A DNA stretch of 64,000 nt. Source: the human T2T-CHM13v2.0 reference genome, Homo sapiens. The position numbers and the translations under genes were made by a program. A model generated the notes under the pieces. The model did not search any database and had not been told where the DNA came from. It was given only the letters and a program-made list of their open reading frames with translations. The DNA lies in assembly GCF_009914755.1 (NCBI RefSeq), contig NC_060941.1; one strand, written 5' to 3'. Positions 1 through 18,255 of this stretch are shown here, piece after piece (positions within the stretch are counted from its first letter, which is position 1; every line of letters starts with the position of its first letter).

Positions 1-1303
1 TCAAGACATTAGGAATATAAAGCACACTCAACTTCAATGTTCCTTAATGTGCTTGTAGCTCATACCTGAAACTGCATTCCACTATGATTTGTTCCCATTT
101 TCATTAAATCTTGGGCTTTTAAAAAATTTTATTTCTTCCTCCTGTAGATTCACCTATAAAATATGTTGAGAAATCATATCTTCTCCTGAGGCCTTCTTTT
201 CCAGATACTGTGTATTTCAAAGTGATGGCCCAGAGGTGGAATAGAGATTAAGTGGAGGAAGATGCATAGAGAGGGAGGCTGCATCTGTGGTGAGAAGAAT
301 AAAGCAGAGAGAGATTCGAAGAGGGAATAGGCTCTTGGCTTAAAGTATCATCCTCTCTTAACATGGGTAAGGGCTGGCACTTTTCACCAGAGTTGTATTT
401 TCATGACATCATATTTATTCACAGGTCTTATAGCTTAGAAAATAAGGACTCAGCAAGAAATTTTAAAAAGTTATTGAAATTCAGACTTCTCTAGAAGTTT
501 AGCTTTTTTCTGGATAGACTCTACACTCAAAATTAGGAAAGTACTTAGATTAGGTTTATTCAGTATTTCTGAGACTTACAGGATTAAGACAGAATAAAAA
601 CCTTGCATGCAACTGTGCCTCATTACCAAGGAGGAAAGTAGTAACCCATTAAAATCAAACACTAATGATTAAACAGTATTAAATCAGTCTTCTCAGTCTT
701 ATTAATGCAGACTATCATTTCTTGAAAAAAAAAGCTACCCAAATAAAGATATGAGATTACTCATGGTGTAAGTGAACACAAAAATAAATACAACTAAGAC
801 AAATCAAATTGCTATCTTAATTACACTGTAAGTTCTTTGACAGCAAGGAACATGCTCTCTTTTTCATGTATTATCCAGCTTACCTTGAAACCTTTGAACA
901 TGTTCTTCATTGGTGAACCCATTATTTGTGATACAATAACTACAACAGGAAATAACTTTCATTAATTTGCATCATGACTTAGAGAAACAATTCAAGAGTT
1001 TGAATTAAAACACACTGGCTATCACTGGCTCTATGACTTTCGAAAAGCAATTTACAGTACAGAATTGTAATGACATATGAGAAAGTAATTTTAAAAGTAA
1101 AGGTGTATATATAATGTTTTACTATGAATAGTGTAATATATAGTTAAATAACTTAGCTGGCCCCTAATTATTTATATTATTCTTACCCAGAGTATGTTTG
1201 ACATTACAATGATTGTATAATAGGTTACACCAGAACACAGGATGTGCCATTCATCAAATCTTATTCTAGGTCCCCAAACAGATACATATTTCAGTGCAAA
1301 CAC

Positions 1304-2176
1304 TGTAGGGAGATGCCTTGAAACTATTGCTATGGAATAAAAGATGAAATGCTCCTGATTATTGTAAATACAAAATTGCATGCAGGATTGTGTAAAGACA
1401 ATGCCAGGTTGGGCTGCCAGAATGAGCCAACAGCGCATGATGTGCTTCCCCCTGCAGAGAGCCTATAAATGAACGTGCAGTCAGGGAGGTTTCACATCAC
1501 CAAGATTCCTATCCCAGAAAAGTAGATATTCATAGCTCTGGGAATGGAATGCGACCCTTGTGGAGAGCCTATAAGAGGACACATGCGGGGCGCCTGTTCA
1601 TATGGATAAGATAGGGCTATAAAAGCCCTTATCTTGCCACAGCTCTTCTAGGTCTCTTTAGGGTTAAGGCACACTCCCTTCTGAGAATTTTTGGTCTAAC
1701 CAGTTGTCTAGCTTAACTTCCTGTTTCTATTGATTGTTCACAACCAGCTTTTGCTGCAACTGTTACTGCTGATTAATATCTTGCTAATCATAGGTTATGG
1801 ATAGACTGTGTTTCTGTTTTAAGACTCTGTTAGAAATTGCTGACACACACACTATATTGAAAATTCTTATCTCTGTATACTGTACTTCTGCATACCGATG
1901 TTATGTTAAAGAATTACTTCATCCCCATGTGACCATCTCACCTCATAATCAAACGACCCTAAATCCCTCACTAACCTACCCCGCCCTCACTAAACTTAAT
2001 AATAAATGCTGGTATACCCAGTGCATTGGCGGCATCACAGGACCAGAAGGCGGTGACCCCCCTGGACCCAGCTTTCACTATCTTGTGTGTGTCCATTATT
2101 TCTCGTCCTGCCGATCTGCCTGGGAACAAAGAGAGAGTCCCATTGCATTGCAGGCTACTGGCCAGATCCCGCAATA
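1304..2176 (+). mobile_element. Solo ERVK-class LTR, MER11D-like (HML-7/HERVK11D)
   Basis: Starts TGTAGGGAGA and ends CCCGCAATA, with internal AATAAA near 2001. Exact 6-bp TSD AAACAC at 1298-1303 and 2177-2182; a 6-bp TSD is typical of betaretrovirus-like ERVs. Family name from recalled consensus. Confidence 0.8.
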
Positions 2177-2332
2177 AAACACGCCATATCATTTCCTTAT
2201 TAGTAAGAAGACTAGCTGATATTTAACATATCAGATTTAATTTGATTTTCCAATAATGCAGAATTATACCTGGCAGCTCATTTACTTTACTGTGTACAAG
2301 TACTCTCTTCCTAGTGTTTGCAGGATGAACCA

Positions 2333-2660
2333 TTGTCTTAGGTGGAATTATCGCAGATACAGACTAGTAGCCAAGGATTTGAGTGCAATTGATTTATAAG
2401 GTAAATGTTCCTAGAAGTAACTGGTAAGGGAGAGGAAGAAGCTGGACAGAAAAGAGAAATAAACTGAGCAAGGGTACAATTTCAGAAGTTCCAGCCTCAG
2501 TCTGATCTCACAGGGAGCTACGGACTGTACATTATAACTCAAAATTTGTGGTCCCAGGAGGCAAGGGAACAGCAGCCAGTCTTTGGCTCTTGGCAGCAGT
2601 GCTGGGGTGTGGGTTGGGGAGAGTGACTCAGAGGGAGGCAAGCTGACTCAGCAGAAACAC
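2333..2660. mobile_element. Ancient ERVL-type LTR fragment (LTR33/LTR16-like)
   Basis: TGTCTTAGG...CCAAGGATTTGAGTGCAA...TTTAT resembles recalled ERVL LTR ends; highly diverged. Confidence 0.4.
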
Positions 2661-3277
2661 CTGCTGTCTTTCACAGTTTATTATCTGCCTGCCTGAGTCA
2701 AGGATCCTTTGGTCACAAGTAATAAAGGGTACCTCAAGCTTGTTTAGGCAAAAAGAAACTTATTAAACTAATATCTGACTATGTCATAAAATACTAGATA
2801 GGAATAATAGCCTGGGACACCAGGGACTGAATGTGGAAACCAGAAAGCCAAAAGGGACCAAAGAAGTCTTTCATTTTCTATCTCTTTCCCCAATGTGTCT
2901 CTTGCCTCTGTTTCTTTCTAAAGAAACCCTCTCTCTGATGCTCTTTTGTATATTATGCCCTCCAGTTCCTGAATTTTCATGAACTTTCTGTTGCAGAGAA
3001 AATGTAGACTGACTCAGAGCTTCTATCTCTTAGTTTTAGACCTTGTAAGAGGGAATCTGGTTCAGGTAGCAATCTTTTTCCATGAGATTGCTGGGAAGGA
3101 GAAAGCCAGCATCATAAAATTCGCCTGGAAGAACCCATCCCTGGCAACTCACAAAGAATCAGTGTGGACTAGACAAGGACCCTGAAAGCATTTCTAATAT
3201 ACTACATAAAACCTACTCTTCCAACAAGTAGAGGAGTGTGTAGGAGGTGGCAGTTAAATGTTTTGCTTTTAAATGTA

Positions 3278-5541
3278 CAGTCTACCTTTGAACAACATGG
3301 GTTTGAATTGCCCTAGTCCACTTTTGTGTAAATTTTCTTCTGCCAACCCTGACACAGAAAGATGAACCCTTCCTCTTCCTTTTCCTTTTCAGCCTACTCA
3401 ATGTGAAGATGACAAGGAGGAAGACGATTATGATGATCCACTTGCACTTAGTAAATAGTAAATATGTTAATATATTCTTTTCCTTATAATTTTATTTATT
3501 TATTTATTTATTTTACTTTAAGTTCTGGGATACATGTGCTGAAGGTGCAAGTTTGTTACATAGGTATACATATGCCATGGTGGTTTGCTGCAACTATCAA
3601 CCTGTCATTGAGGTTTTAAGTCCCGCATACATTAGGTATTTGTCCTAATGCTCTCCCTCCCTTTTCCCCCAACCCTCTAAGCCCCCGACAGGCCCCACTG
3701 CATGATGTTCCCCTCCCCGTGTCCATGTGTTCTCATTGTTCAACTCCCACTTATGAGTGAGAACAGGCATTGTTTGGTTTTCTGTTCCTGTGTTAGTTTG
3801 TTGAGGGTGATGGTTTTCAGCTTCATCCATGTCCCTGCAAGGGACATGAACTCATTCTTTTTTATGGCTGTGTAGTATTCCATCGTGTATATGTGCCATA
3901 TTTTCTTTATCCAGTCTATCATTGATGGGCATTTGGGTTGGTTCCAATTCTTTGCTATTGTAAATAGTGCAGCAATAAACATACATGTGCATGTCTCTTA
4001 ATCGTAGAATAATTTATAATCCTTTGGGGATATGCCCAGTTGGGATTGCTGGGTCAAATGGTATTTCTGGTTCTAGATCCTTAAGGATTCACCATACTGT
4101 CTTCCACAATGGTTGAACTAATTTACACTCCCACCAACAGTGTAAAAGCATTCCTATTTCTCCACATCCTTGCCAGCAGCTGTTGTTTCCAGACTTTTTA
4201 ATAATCGCCATTCTAACTGGTGTGAGATGGTATCTCATTGTAGTTTTGATGCACATTTCTCTAATGACGAGTGATGATGAGCTTTTTTTCATGTTTCTTG
4301 GCTGCATAAATGTCTTCTTTTGAGAAGTGTCTGTTCATATCCTTGGTGCACGTTTTGATGGGGTTGTTTTTTTCTTGTAAATTTGTTTAAGTTCCTTGTA
4401 GATTCTGGACATGCGACTTTTGTCAGATGGATAAATTGCAAAAATTTTCTCCCTTTCTGTAGGTTGCCTGTTCACTCTAATGATAGTTAGATTTTGATAG
4501 TTACATTTTGCTGAGCAGCAGCTCTTTAGTTTAATGAGATACCATTTGTCAATGTTGGCTTTCATTGCAATTGCTTTTGGTGTTTTAGTCATGAAGTCTT
4601 TGCCCATGTCTATGTCCTGAATGGTATTGCCTAGGTTTTCTTCTAGGGTTTTTATGGTTTTAGATTTTACACTTAAGTCATTAATCCATCTTGAGTTAAC
4701 TTTTTGTAAGATATAAGGAAGGGGTCCAGTTTCCATTTTCTGCATATGGCTAGCCCGTTTTCCCAGCACCATTTATTAAATAGGGAATCCTTTCCCCATT
4801 GCTTGTTTTTGTCAGGTTTGTTTCAACAACATCTTCAATCAGATGGTTGTAGATGTGTGGTGTTATTTCTGAGGGCTCTGTTCTGTTCCATTGGTCTATA
4901 TATCTGTTTCGGTACCAATACCATGCTGTTTGGGTTACTGTAGCCTTATAGTATAGTTTGAAGTCAGGTAGCGTGATGCCTCCAGCTTTGTTCTTTTTGC
5001 TTAGGATTGTCTTGGCTCTATGGGCTCTTTTTTGGTTCCATATGAAATCTAAAGTAGCTTTTTTTAGTTCCATGAAGAAATTCAATGATAGCTTGATGGG
5101 GATAGCATTTAATCTATAAATTACTTTGGGCAGTATGGCTGTTTTCACGATATTGATTCTTAATATCCATGAGCATGGAATGTTTTTCCATTTGTTTGTG
5201 TCCTCTCTTATTTCCTTGAGCAGTGGTTTGTCTCTGCATTGGTCTTGCTGATTGCTGCAGACTGGAGCTGTTCCTTTTCAGCCATCTTGCCAGTGGAAAA
5301 AAAGCTATCATTTTCTTAACAACATTTTCTTTTCTCTAGCTTACTTCATTGTAAGAATACAGTATGTAATACATATAGCATACACATTACTTGTTAATCA
5401 ACAGTTTGTGTTATCAGTAAGGCTTTTAGTTAACAGTAATCTATTATTAGGTAAGTTCTTGGGAGTCAAAAGTTATACAAGGACTTTCAAGTGCAGGAGG
5501 AGCTGGTGTGTCTAACCCCCAAAATGTTCAAGGGTCAACTG
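3278..5541 (+). mobile_element. Tigger2a (MER28)-like TcMar DNA transposon, split by an L1 insertion
   Basis: Termini CAGTCTACCTTTGAACAAC and TGTTCAAGGGTCAACTG are inverted repeats flanked by TA. The left part (3278-3493) continues seamlessly into the right part (5306-5541) across the L1. Confidence 0.85.
3494..5291 (-). mobile_element. L1PA8-like LINE-1: 3' UTR and C-terminal ORF2, joined directly to a ~60-nt 5' UTR tip
   Basis: Minus-strand ORF fragments match the ORF2 C-terminus (IPIKL..., RWINDL..., CWQGCGEIG). L1PA8-type 3' UTR. 5232-5291 is the reverse complement of the L1 5' end (GGCAAGATGGCTGAAAAGGAACAGCTCC). Degenerate TSD TAT(A/C)ATTTT at 3485-3493 and 5306-5314. Confidence 0.9.
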
Positions 5542-5719
5542 TATTTACTATACAGATTCGGTGGGAAACAAAAGCAGATTGTGTGGTCTGTTTACTAATA
5601 TCCTAATTATTCCCTATTACAGATAATGCCATTAAAAACTGGAAATACAGAAATGCATAAACTAGCATCGAGAATTGCCTAAATTTAAGATGGCCCAAAA
5701 TGACTGATTTTCATATGTA

Positions 5720-6050
5720 GTTAGTAGCACTGTAAATTGGTACAACCTCTTAGAAAGCAATTTGATTATAAGCATTAAGAGCCATAAAAGTGTTCATGTC
5801 CATTGACCCCGTAATCTTACTTACAAGAAACTATCATAAAGAGTTCAAAATATGGGGAAAACTTTTATATACCATATGTTTGTTACAGAAGTACTTGCAG
5901 AGAAAAAATAGAAAATAATCTTAAAATGCTTCAAAAAGGGAATAATTAAATAAACCACTGGAATATTCTTCAGTCATTAAACTTATGTTCATGGGAAATA
6001 TGAAACACCATGGAAAAATGTTTATGTGCTCTTAAGTGAAACAGCAGAAT
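5720..6050 (+). mobile_element. Old L1M (L1ME-like) fragment
   Basis: TGTAAATTGGTACAACC...CATTGACCCCGTAATC resembles degenerate L1 ORF2-end/3' UTR sequence. Confidence 0.45.
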
Positions 6051-7499
6051 GCCACACTGGAAGGAAATTCCGAGAGAGAGAAGTGTAAAAATGCGTTGAG
6101 GATAAAAATTATCCTAAGACACTAATCATTATTGAATTCAAGTGGTAAAATTACATGCTTTTAAAAAATATCCAGAATTGTTTCCAATGTGTTTATTTAA
6201 TAAAATAGCTTACAAAATTGCTAAAATATTACCATCACCTTATATATTGGATACAGTTTACATTCTCTAGAGCTGCTTCTTACTACTCTTCAATGGGCTA
6301 CAAACTCTCTTGAAACCTATTACTTTTTGAAAGGATTTTATCAGTTAAAGACTATATCTCTAAGCACTTGAAAACTACTGAGAGGAAAATAGACAAGCCA
6401 GCTTAAGTAACTACTGTGAAGAAACTTTAGAAGAGTCTGAAGAAGTGGCTTTATTTAGAAAAAAATAAATAGTAGAGGAGGAGGGGACCTGTAAATCCTT
6501 AGAAGTCTCTGAAACTGTCAAAAATAAAGCAGCAATACAGTAGAAGAATCTACAGCTTTCAGTATAGATTTTATAAAGTATCCAGTAAGGCAGCAAAAGA
6601 AATAGCAATTAGCACATGCTCAAGAAACCATTAGCCATGTAGATTTTCTTTTCCCAGTGATTATTAGCTTGATTCTCCTGCCTGTTTATAGGAGGATGGA
6701 GTATTACAAAATCACACAGAAATGAAAGAATTTACATCTCCCATTCTCAGAGTAAGTAAATGGTGGCTCTCTTATTGAAACTGCTTTGAGGACATAATGC
6801 TACGCCTATACAGCATGAAAGGAGAATTAATAAGGCCATCATAATGGGTCACAAGATGCAATGCAATACTTTCCAAATTATGTTCTGCAGCAAAGAGTCC
6901 TCCAAAACATTTCTTTTAAGAAAATATTTTGGAGGTGAAATGTATTTGTTACATGTTGTGTATGTGTCCTCTATAACAATCAGTATATTCCTAAAAATAT
7001 TTCAATAAAGAACACTATTTTATCAGAATTTCCCAAACTTTGCTCATGAAACCTCACCCTAAACACTCCTCAATAAACTAACCATCGGAATTGAGTAAAA
7101 TAAGTGTTCTATAAAATATAGTTTGTTAAATATCTTTGTAATGTTGGCAGGTTTCAGAACCTACTAGTGCTAGGATCAAATCCAATTTCTGCCACATGGT
7201 AGCTTCAAGAATCTGAGTAATTAGTTGAACTGTCTTGTTTAACTAAAGATCTTTAAGCAGTTTTAGCCCACTGAAAATATAGCCATAAACAAGCAAGAAT
7301 TCATTAGGAACAGGCATCCCTTATATCTGGTAATTTCTGAGATATTTCTCTCACTTACTCCTCTAGAACATACTATTTGTTATCCTAGCTCTTCCGTCTC
7401 TGGGCCGTTCTTCCTAGACCTCAGTAGTTTTCTCAGCCTCCCTTATCATCATTCCTGATTTTGATACACATTTCCAGGTCTGTTTGGAGATGACAAAGT

Positions 7500-7740
7500 C
7501 TGGACTCGAGGCTGGAGCGGAGCAGCACAGGACGGCCACGCAATTGCACCACTGAGCAACTGTGCAGCAGCTAGAACCAGCAAGAGAAGCCCCTTCCTCC
7601 GGCAGTGTATGCCCTCTACTGAGTATGTTTAGCATTCTGCTCACTGTAAAAAAAGAATGCTTAAGATAGCCAGTCCAATATCACAGCTGGTGCTGAAGGG
7701 CAAATGTGCAGCTGAAAAGCAATAAATTAATACTGGCCCA
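7500..7740 (-). mobile_element. ERVL LTR fragment, LTR41-like 5' end
   Basis: Reverse complement reads TGGGCCAGTATTAATTTATTGCTTTTCAGCTG...CTCAGTAGAGGGCAT, resembling the recalled LTR41 start. Confidence 0.5.
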
Positions 7741-7744
7741 GTAG

Positions 7745-8345
7745 TAGTGTCTAATTATGGTTTTAACTTGCATTTCTCTAATGACTAATAATATTGAACA
7801 ACTTTTCTTGTGTCATTTGTATATCTTCATTTAAGCGTCCAAATCTTTTGTTACCCTCCATTTTTTAATGATTTTTCTTCATATTTTCTAGTAGTAAGGC
7901 TTTTTCATATTTTCTTTATATATTCTTTGTATATATTCTCTATATATTTTATATATTCTTTGTACATTTATATATTCTTGGTATTTTTGTGTGTGTATAT
8001 ACATACATATTGCATATGTGTGTGTGTATATATATATATAGCATATATATGTGTGTGTATATATATTGCAATTCTTTCTCCCAGCCTGTGATTTGCCTTT
8101 TAATTATCTTAAGAATATCTTTTGAAGACCATTAAAAAAATTCAATGAGTTTTAATTTATCCATTTTCTTGTTTATAGTCCATGCTTTTAATGCTCTATT
8201 AAATAGCTCTTTACCAAAGTCACTATTTTTTACTGTTATATTCTAGAAGTTTTATGGTTTTAATCCTTTCATGTAAATCTATGATCCATTTGAAGTTAAT
8301 ATTTATATAGGGTGTGAAGTAAAGGGCAAGGTTTATATTTTGCAT
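7745..8345 (-). mobile_element. Old L1M fragments with an internal (TA/TG)n microsatellite
   Basis: TTGCATTTCTCTAATGACTAATAATATTGAACA and TTCTAGAAGTTTTATGGTTTTA...TCTATGATCCATTTGAAGTTAAT are antisense L1 ORF2 motifs. Confidence 0.7.
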
Positions 8346-8511
8346 AAAAGACAAGAAAAGACAGTTTCCACGATGAAGGTCAAAGCTGGTCCCAGGAGGA
8401 GCTGCACAAGAGCTAATCCATCCAGTGTAAGGCAAACGGTAGAGGACTCCAGGAATGACAGTTCCACTGGAAAATCAATAGAATTAGTAGAATATCTGAT
8501 GTATTTGACTA

Positions 8512-8730
<219 letters not shown>

Positions 8731-9236
8731 AATTTAAGAGAAGAATCAATGATAGATATATGGAAATAGCTATGAATAGACAATTATTAATGCTAAAGGA
8801 AACAACATTTACAAGAAACACTGTGTGATCTTAGTATACAATATGATAAAACTGAGTATAATGTCTTCTTAGCGAAGAGAAGAAGACTATTGATTAAACC
8901 ACAGACTGTCATATAACTATATTGAGGAAATGGAGAAAGGGAAATACCTCTGTATGGGCAACAGTGAATAATGTTATTATGTGTATGTTAAATCATTTTT
9001 TTCATGGAAGAATGGGAAGAGATATTATCTAATTGAAAAAAATAAGAAATATTAATGTGACTTTTTTTTTTAGAAAATATAGACATAAATAGCAAAAATT
9101 ACCATAAAAAAGAAGAGAGTGTTTGTTAGGGTGTGGATAGACATTGGTGCATGTAAGGGGTAGAACAAGAATGTGATTTTGTTTTTGTTTCTGTTTTCGT
9201 GTTTTTTATTTTTTTTTTGTAAGTCACATAATAGTA

Positions 9237-9280
9237 TTAGGTTGGTGTAAAGTAATTGCAGCTTTTGCTCTCACTTTTAA
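9237..9280 (+). mobile_element. Half MADE1 / isolated Hsmar1-type TIR
   Basis: TA followed by TTAGGTTGGTGTAAAGTAATTGCAGCTTTTGC, matching the Hsmar1/MADE1 terminal inverted repeat. Confidence 0.7.
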
Positions 9281-10184
9281 GCCATTTATATGAATACTTT
9301 TAACACAAAAAATTTAAAACTATGAGCAAATATAAATTAGAAACTTTTAAAAAATCCCAACAGAAATACTTGATAATAAAGGAGATTCTTTCCATGATTT
9401 TTATATGTTTTCTATAAATAAAAGAAAACAGATGGGTGAGATACAAACCTAAAATAATTACATGCTTATACAAAACTGATTGTCAAAGAATGCTAAAGAG
9501 CTAGTTTTTAAACAGCAGTTTCTAACATTTTAAGTTGATGCAGACTCTGTACAAAACCACAGTAAGATTCTGAGATTTATTTTTTGTGCTCATTGACAAC
9601 AAGCCTCAATATTTTGCAGGGTTCAAAAGGTCACCAAAATGTTTATTATTATTTCACTATAACTTGAAGGGAATACTGTTCAACAGAGAAATCTAATATA
9701 GAAAAGAACTTTTGATGATTATTATACTAGTAACAAGAAACTTTTCACTACTATAATTTTCAGATTTTTTCCCTATCTACAAATATGTATTGGCAACTTT
9801 TGGTAAAACTGTTAAGTCTTAATTTCGAAGCAAACTTTTTACATCATAAGGGATTGATTCTATGTGAAAAGAGACATTAAATGTTAATATCATTAAAATA
9901 GTTAATAAGACATTTGAATTTACATTTGACGTGGCTAGTATTCTCACTGAAATAAATCACATGAAAATACTAAATGGATTAGAGGGTACAGATTCCTCCT
10001 ATCGTCAGTTAAGTTATTGAACCTAATTACACGAAAGAGTCTTTGGAAAAAAATCAAACTTCTGCATTTTCACATTAGCAAATTATTTCTGAAACTTTAT
10101 GGTAATGCTGTTAAAATCCATTTATATATTTGTCATTTGAAAATATTGAACTGTTTCAATGAGACCAGTATTTTTGCAATTTTT

Positions 10185-11140
<956 letters not shown>

Positions 11141-11352
11141 TAGTTTTGCAATTTTTAAAGCCTCAAATATCTTGCATTTTTTCTGAGAAACAGGTGAGAG
11201 TATTAAAACACTATTTCATTTGTATGTTCAGAATTAATTTGGCTACTTTGTTGCAATCAATAGAGATATGTCAAGGTCAGAAAAGCAAGAAAATGGGAAA
11301 AATTCTGAAGTACCACATAGTCAGTCCTCCTGGGGAAGTGAAACGTTATTTA

Positions 11353-11737
<385 letters not shown>

Positions 11738-11740
11738 TCA

Positions 11741-15537
<3,797 letters not shown>

Positions 15538-15942
15538 TAAAATGATTGAGCTATTTCTACCCTGCTTCTATTTTCTAGCCAGCTAATTAAGTTAGCGTGA
15601 TTGATAAAGACAGTCTTTATGCAAAAATAGACAGACCTGTGGCACCTGAGCAGATTGTATGCTTTTAGCCAGACACTCTAGGAAAACCATTACAGGCAGC
15701 CTTTGAGTCAAGCTCTTGGATATGGTCAGCAGTGGTTAAGGTAGGAGGATTACAGGATACTAAGCATGGTGACCTATGGGCAAAAAAGGGAGCAAACAAA
15801 ATGGCAGATGCTTTCTCATAAACTAAGAGTTTAAGAGAAAGGAACATTTAAGACAGACATTTTGCTCATCTTGCCTAGTATGGAACTTCTATAGCCTTTA
15901 AAGACCAGTTCAAATGCAAATGCTTTCTAGAATTTCTCCTTA

Positions 15943-16245
15943 GGCCAGGCATAGTGGCTTATGCCTGTAATACCAGCCATTTGGGGGGTCAAGGCAGGAG
16001 GATTCTTTGAGCTCAGGAGTCAGAGACCAGCCTGGGCAACATAGGGAGACCTGCATCTCTACAAAAGTTTTCTTTAAATATTAGCTGGATGTGATTCCAG
16101 CTACCTCATGAGGGCTGAGGTGGGAGGACTGCTTGAGCTTGGGAGGCTGAGGCTGTAATGAGCTAAGATGTGGTGCCACTGCAGCCTGGGTGACAGAAGG
16201 AGACCCTGTCTCAAAAGAACAAAAAAACACACACACATCCCCAAA
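15943..16245 (+). mobile_element. AluJ
   Basis: Diverged dimeric Alu with J-type GGAGGATT..TTGAGC and GGGCAACATAGGGAGACC. Confidence 0.9.
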
Positions 16246-16825
16246 AAGCAACTCTCCTTGATCCCTGTCAGAATCGAGAATCAATGAGTTAGTCCTGAGT
16301 ACATCTACCACATGTTTTTATGCCTCTATCTCCATCTTCAGAATTGTTTATTATTTATACTGTAACTACTTGTAGGTTAAAGGATGATGCTCCAAAGCAC
16401 AAATCTGTAGAGACCCTGGGAATTTCTCCCAGGTCATCATCAAATTGTCCCAAATGCTTCCTGCAACTCCTTTTACTTGTCTACTTTTCTTTACATCCAT
16501 TGTGACATTTGGATTGACATTATGTTAATTCAAAATGCCATTACATCTTTTTTTTTATCATGTATTAATTTAATGCAACATCTCCTAGCCATTCTATTTT
16601 CCTCTAGAAGCCATTCTACTCTCCTTATACTAAAGTGCTCATCGTAATAAGCAAATCAAAAATAATGCCACTGCTTTCTTAAAGCTTTTCAATTATTCCA
16701 AGATACATTTCTTTACGGTATCATCTAGGTCTGTGTAGAGACAGATCTTTACTTTTTCCAGTCTCAGCTCTCACCAAAATCTTGCTCATACTTGTCTAGC
16801 TACAGAAATTTCCTCTTTTACTAAA

Positions 16826-17848
16826 AACAATTTTATTGTGGTAAGAACACTTAGAGATCTAACCTCTTAATAGATTTTAAGGTGTAAAATACAGTACTGT
16901 TGACTATAAGCAAAGTGTTGTACAACAGGTCTCTAGAACTTATTCATTTTGCGTAACTGAAACTTTATACCCTTTGATTAGTAATTTTTCATTTCCTCCT
17001 TCCCACTGGCCCTAGCAACCAACACTCTAATCTCTGCTTCTATGAATTCAACTATTTTAGATACCTCATAAGAGTGGAATTTTATGTATTTGTCTGTATG
17101 TGCTTGGCTTATTTCACTTAGCATCATTTCCTCAAAGTTTTTCCAGTTCATCATATATTGCAGGATTTCCTTCTTTAAAAGGCTGAATAATATTTCACTG
17201 TTCATATGGTCCAAGTTTGCTTTATTAACTAATAAATTTATGAATTTGTTTATCATTTCTAGAGCATTCCTCATTAGAGACACCCTCTTCCATTACACTA
17301 CCTTTCACAGAGCCCCTGAAAGAAGAATTATATGGGGGTGTGTGAGTGTGTGCGCATGTGTGTGTATATGTATATATGTGTGTATGTGTGTGTATATATA
17401 TACATGGATACATATATATGGCCATTGATGGAAAACCTTTATATATATATGTTTTTCAAAATATATAAGGAACTTCTACAATTCAGTAGCAAAAAAGCCC
17501 TAATATTTCAATAAAAAAATGGCTGAGGACTTGCATAGACATTTCTCCAAATATGACACATAATTGGGAAGCAGATATATGAAAAAATGGTTGACTTCAC
17601 TATTCATCAGGGAACTGAAAATCAAAACACATTATCACTTTATATTTGTTAGGATAGCTATTATAAAAAAAGATAAGTATAGGTGACAATGTGAAGAAAT
17701 CATAACTCTTGTACACTGCTGGTAGAAATGCAAAATGATGACTCTGCTATGGAAAGCAATATAAGGATTCCTCAAAAAATTAAAAATAAAACTATCATAT
17801 AACCCACGATCCCACCTTTGGGCATTTATCCAAAAAAAATGAAATCAC
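16826..17848 (-). mobile_element. Old L1MA (MA9/10-like): minus-strand 3' part (16826-17200) and inverted plus-strand part (17455-17848), inserted in an L2 remnant
   Basis: Antisense L1MA 3' UTR on the left and sense ORF2-end sequence (AGACATTTCTCCAAA...GGGCATTTATCCAAAA) on the right. L2-like sequence on both flanks. Confidence 0.75.
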
Positions 17849-18117
17849 ATTAACCTTGTTTTCACCACTCATTCTTACCATAGTCCCTCCTGCAATGGGA
17901 CCTGTGCACATTATATGTTCCTACCGGTAATGAGATTTTTCTCTCATATTAACGAAGTAAATTCCTCTTATTCTTTTGGTCTCAGCGCCACCATTACTTC
18001 TTTTGGAGGCTCTGTGAAATGTAGTGTGCCAAGAGAGGTCTCTGTAACCAGAAACACTGTGGAAATGATAAAGTAATTCATGGATTTATTAGTTAATAAA
18101 GCAAATGTGGACCAGCT

Positions 18118-18255
18118 GCATAACTTCTCAAAGCATCCGCTTCCTTGTCTATAAGACTAGAATAATACCTACTTTATAGGATTGCTTTGAAAGTTATAAA
18201 TGGTCATTGCCTAGCAGAGTTCTAGCATATGTCATGGCTCAATAAATGCAGCACA
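18118..18255 (+). mobile_element. MIR
   Basis: TTCCTTGTCTATAAG...ATAATACCTACTTTATAGGATTG...CTCAATAAATG core. Confidence 0.65.

Noticed and set aside
5221-5291. Canonical spliced L1 (SpIRE)
   Set aside because: The junction does not fall at a GT donor/AG acceptor pair; kept only as an internally deleted L1.
7810-8091. Hydrophobic or Y/I/C/V-rich ORFs (also near 17.1-17.5, 31.7 and 51.1 kb)
   Set aside because: These are translations of (TA/TG)n microsatellites and T-rich antisense L1.
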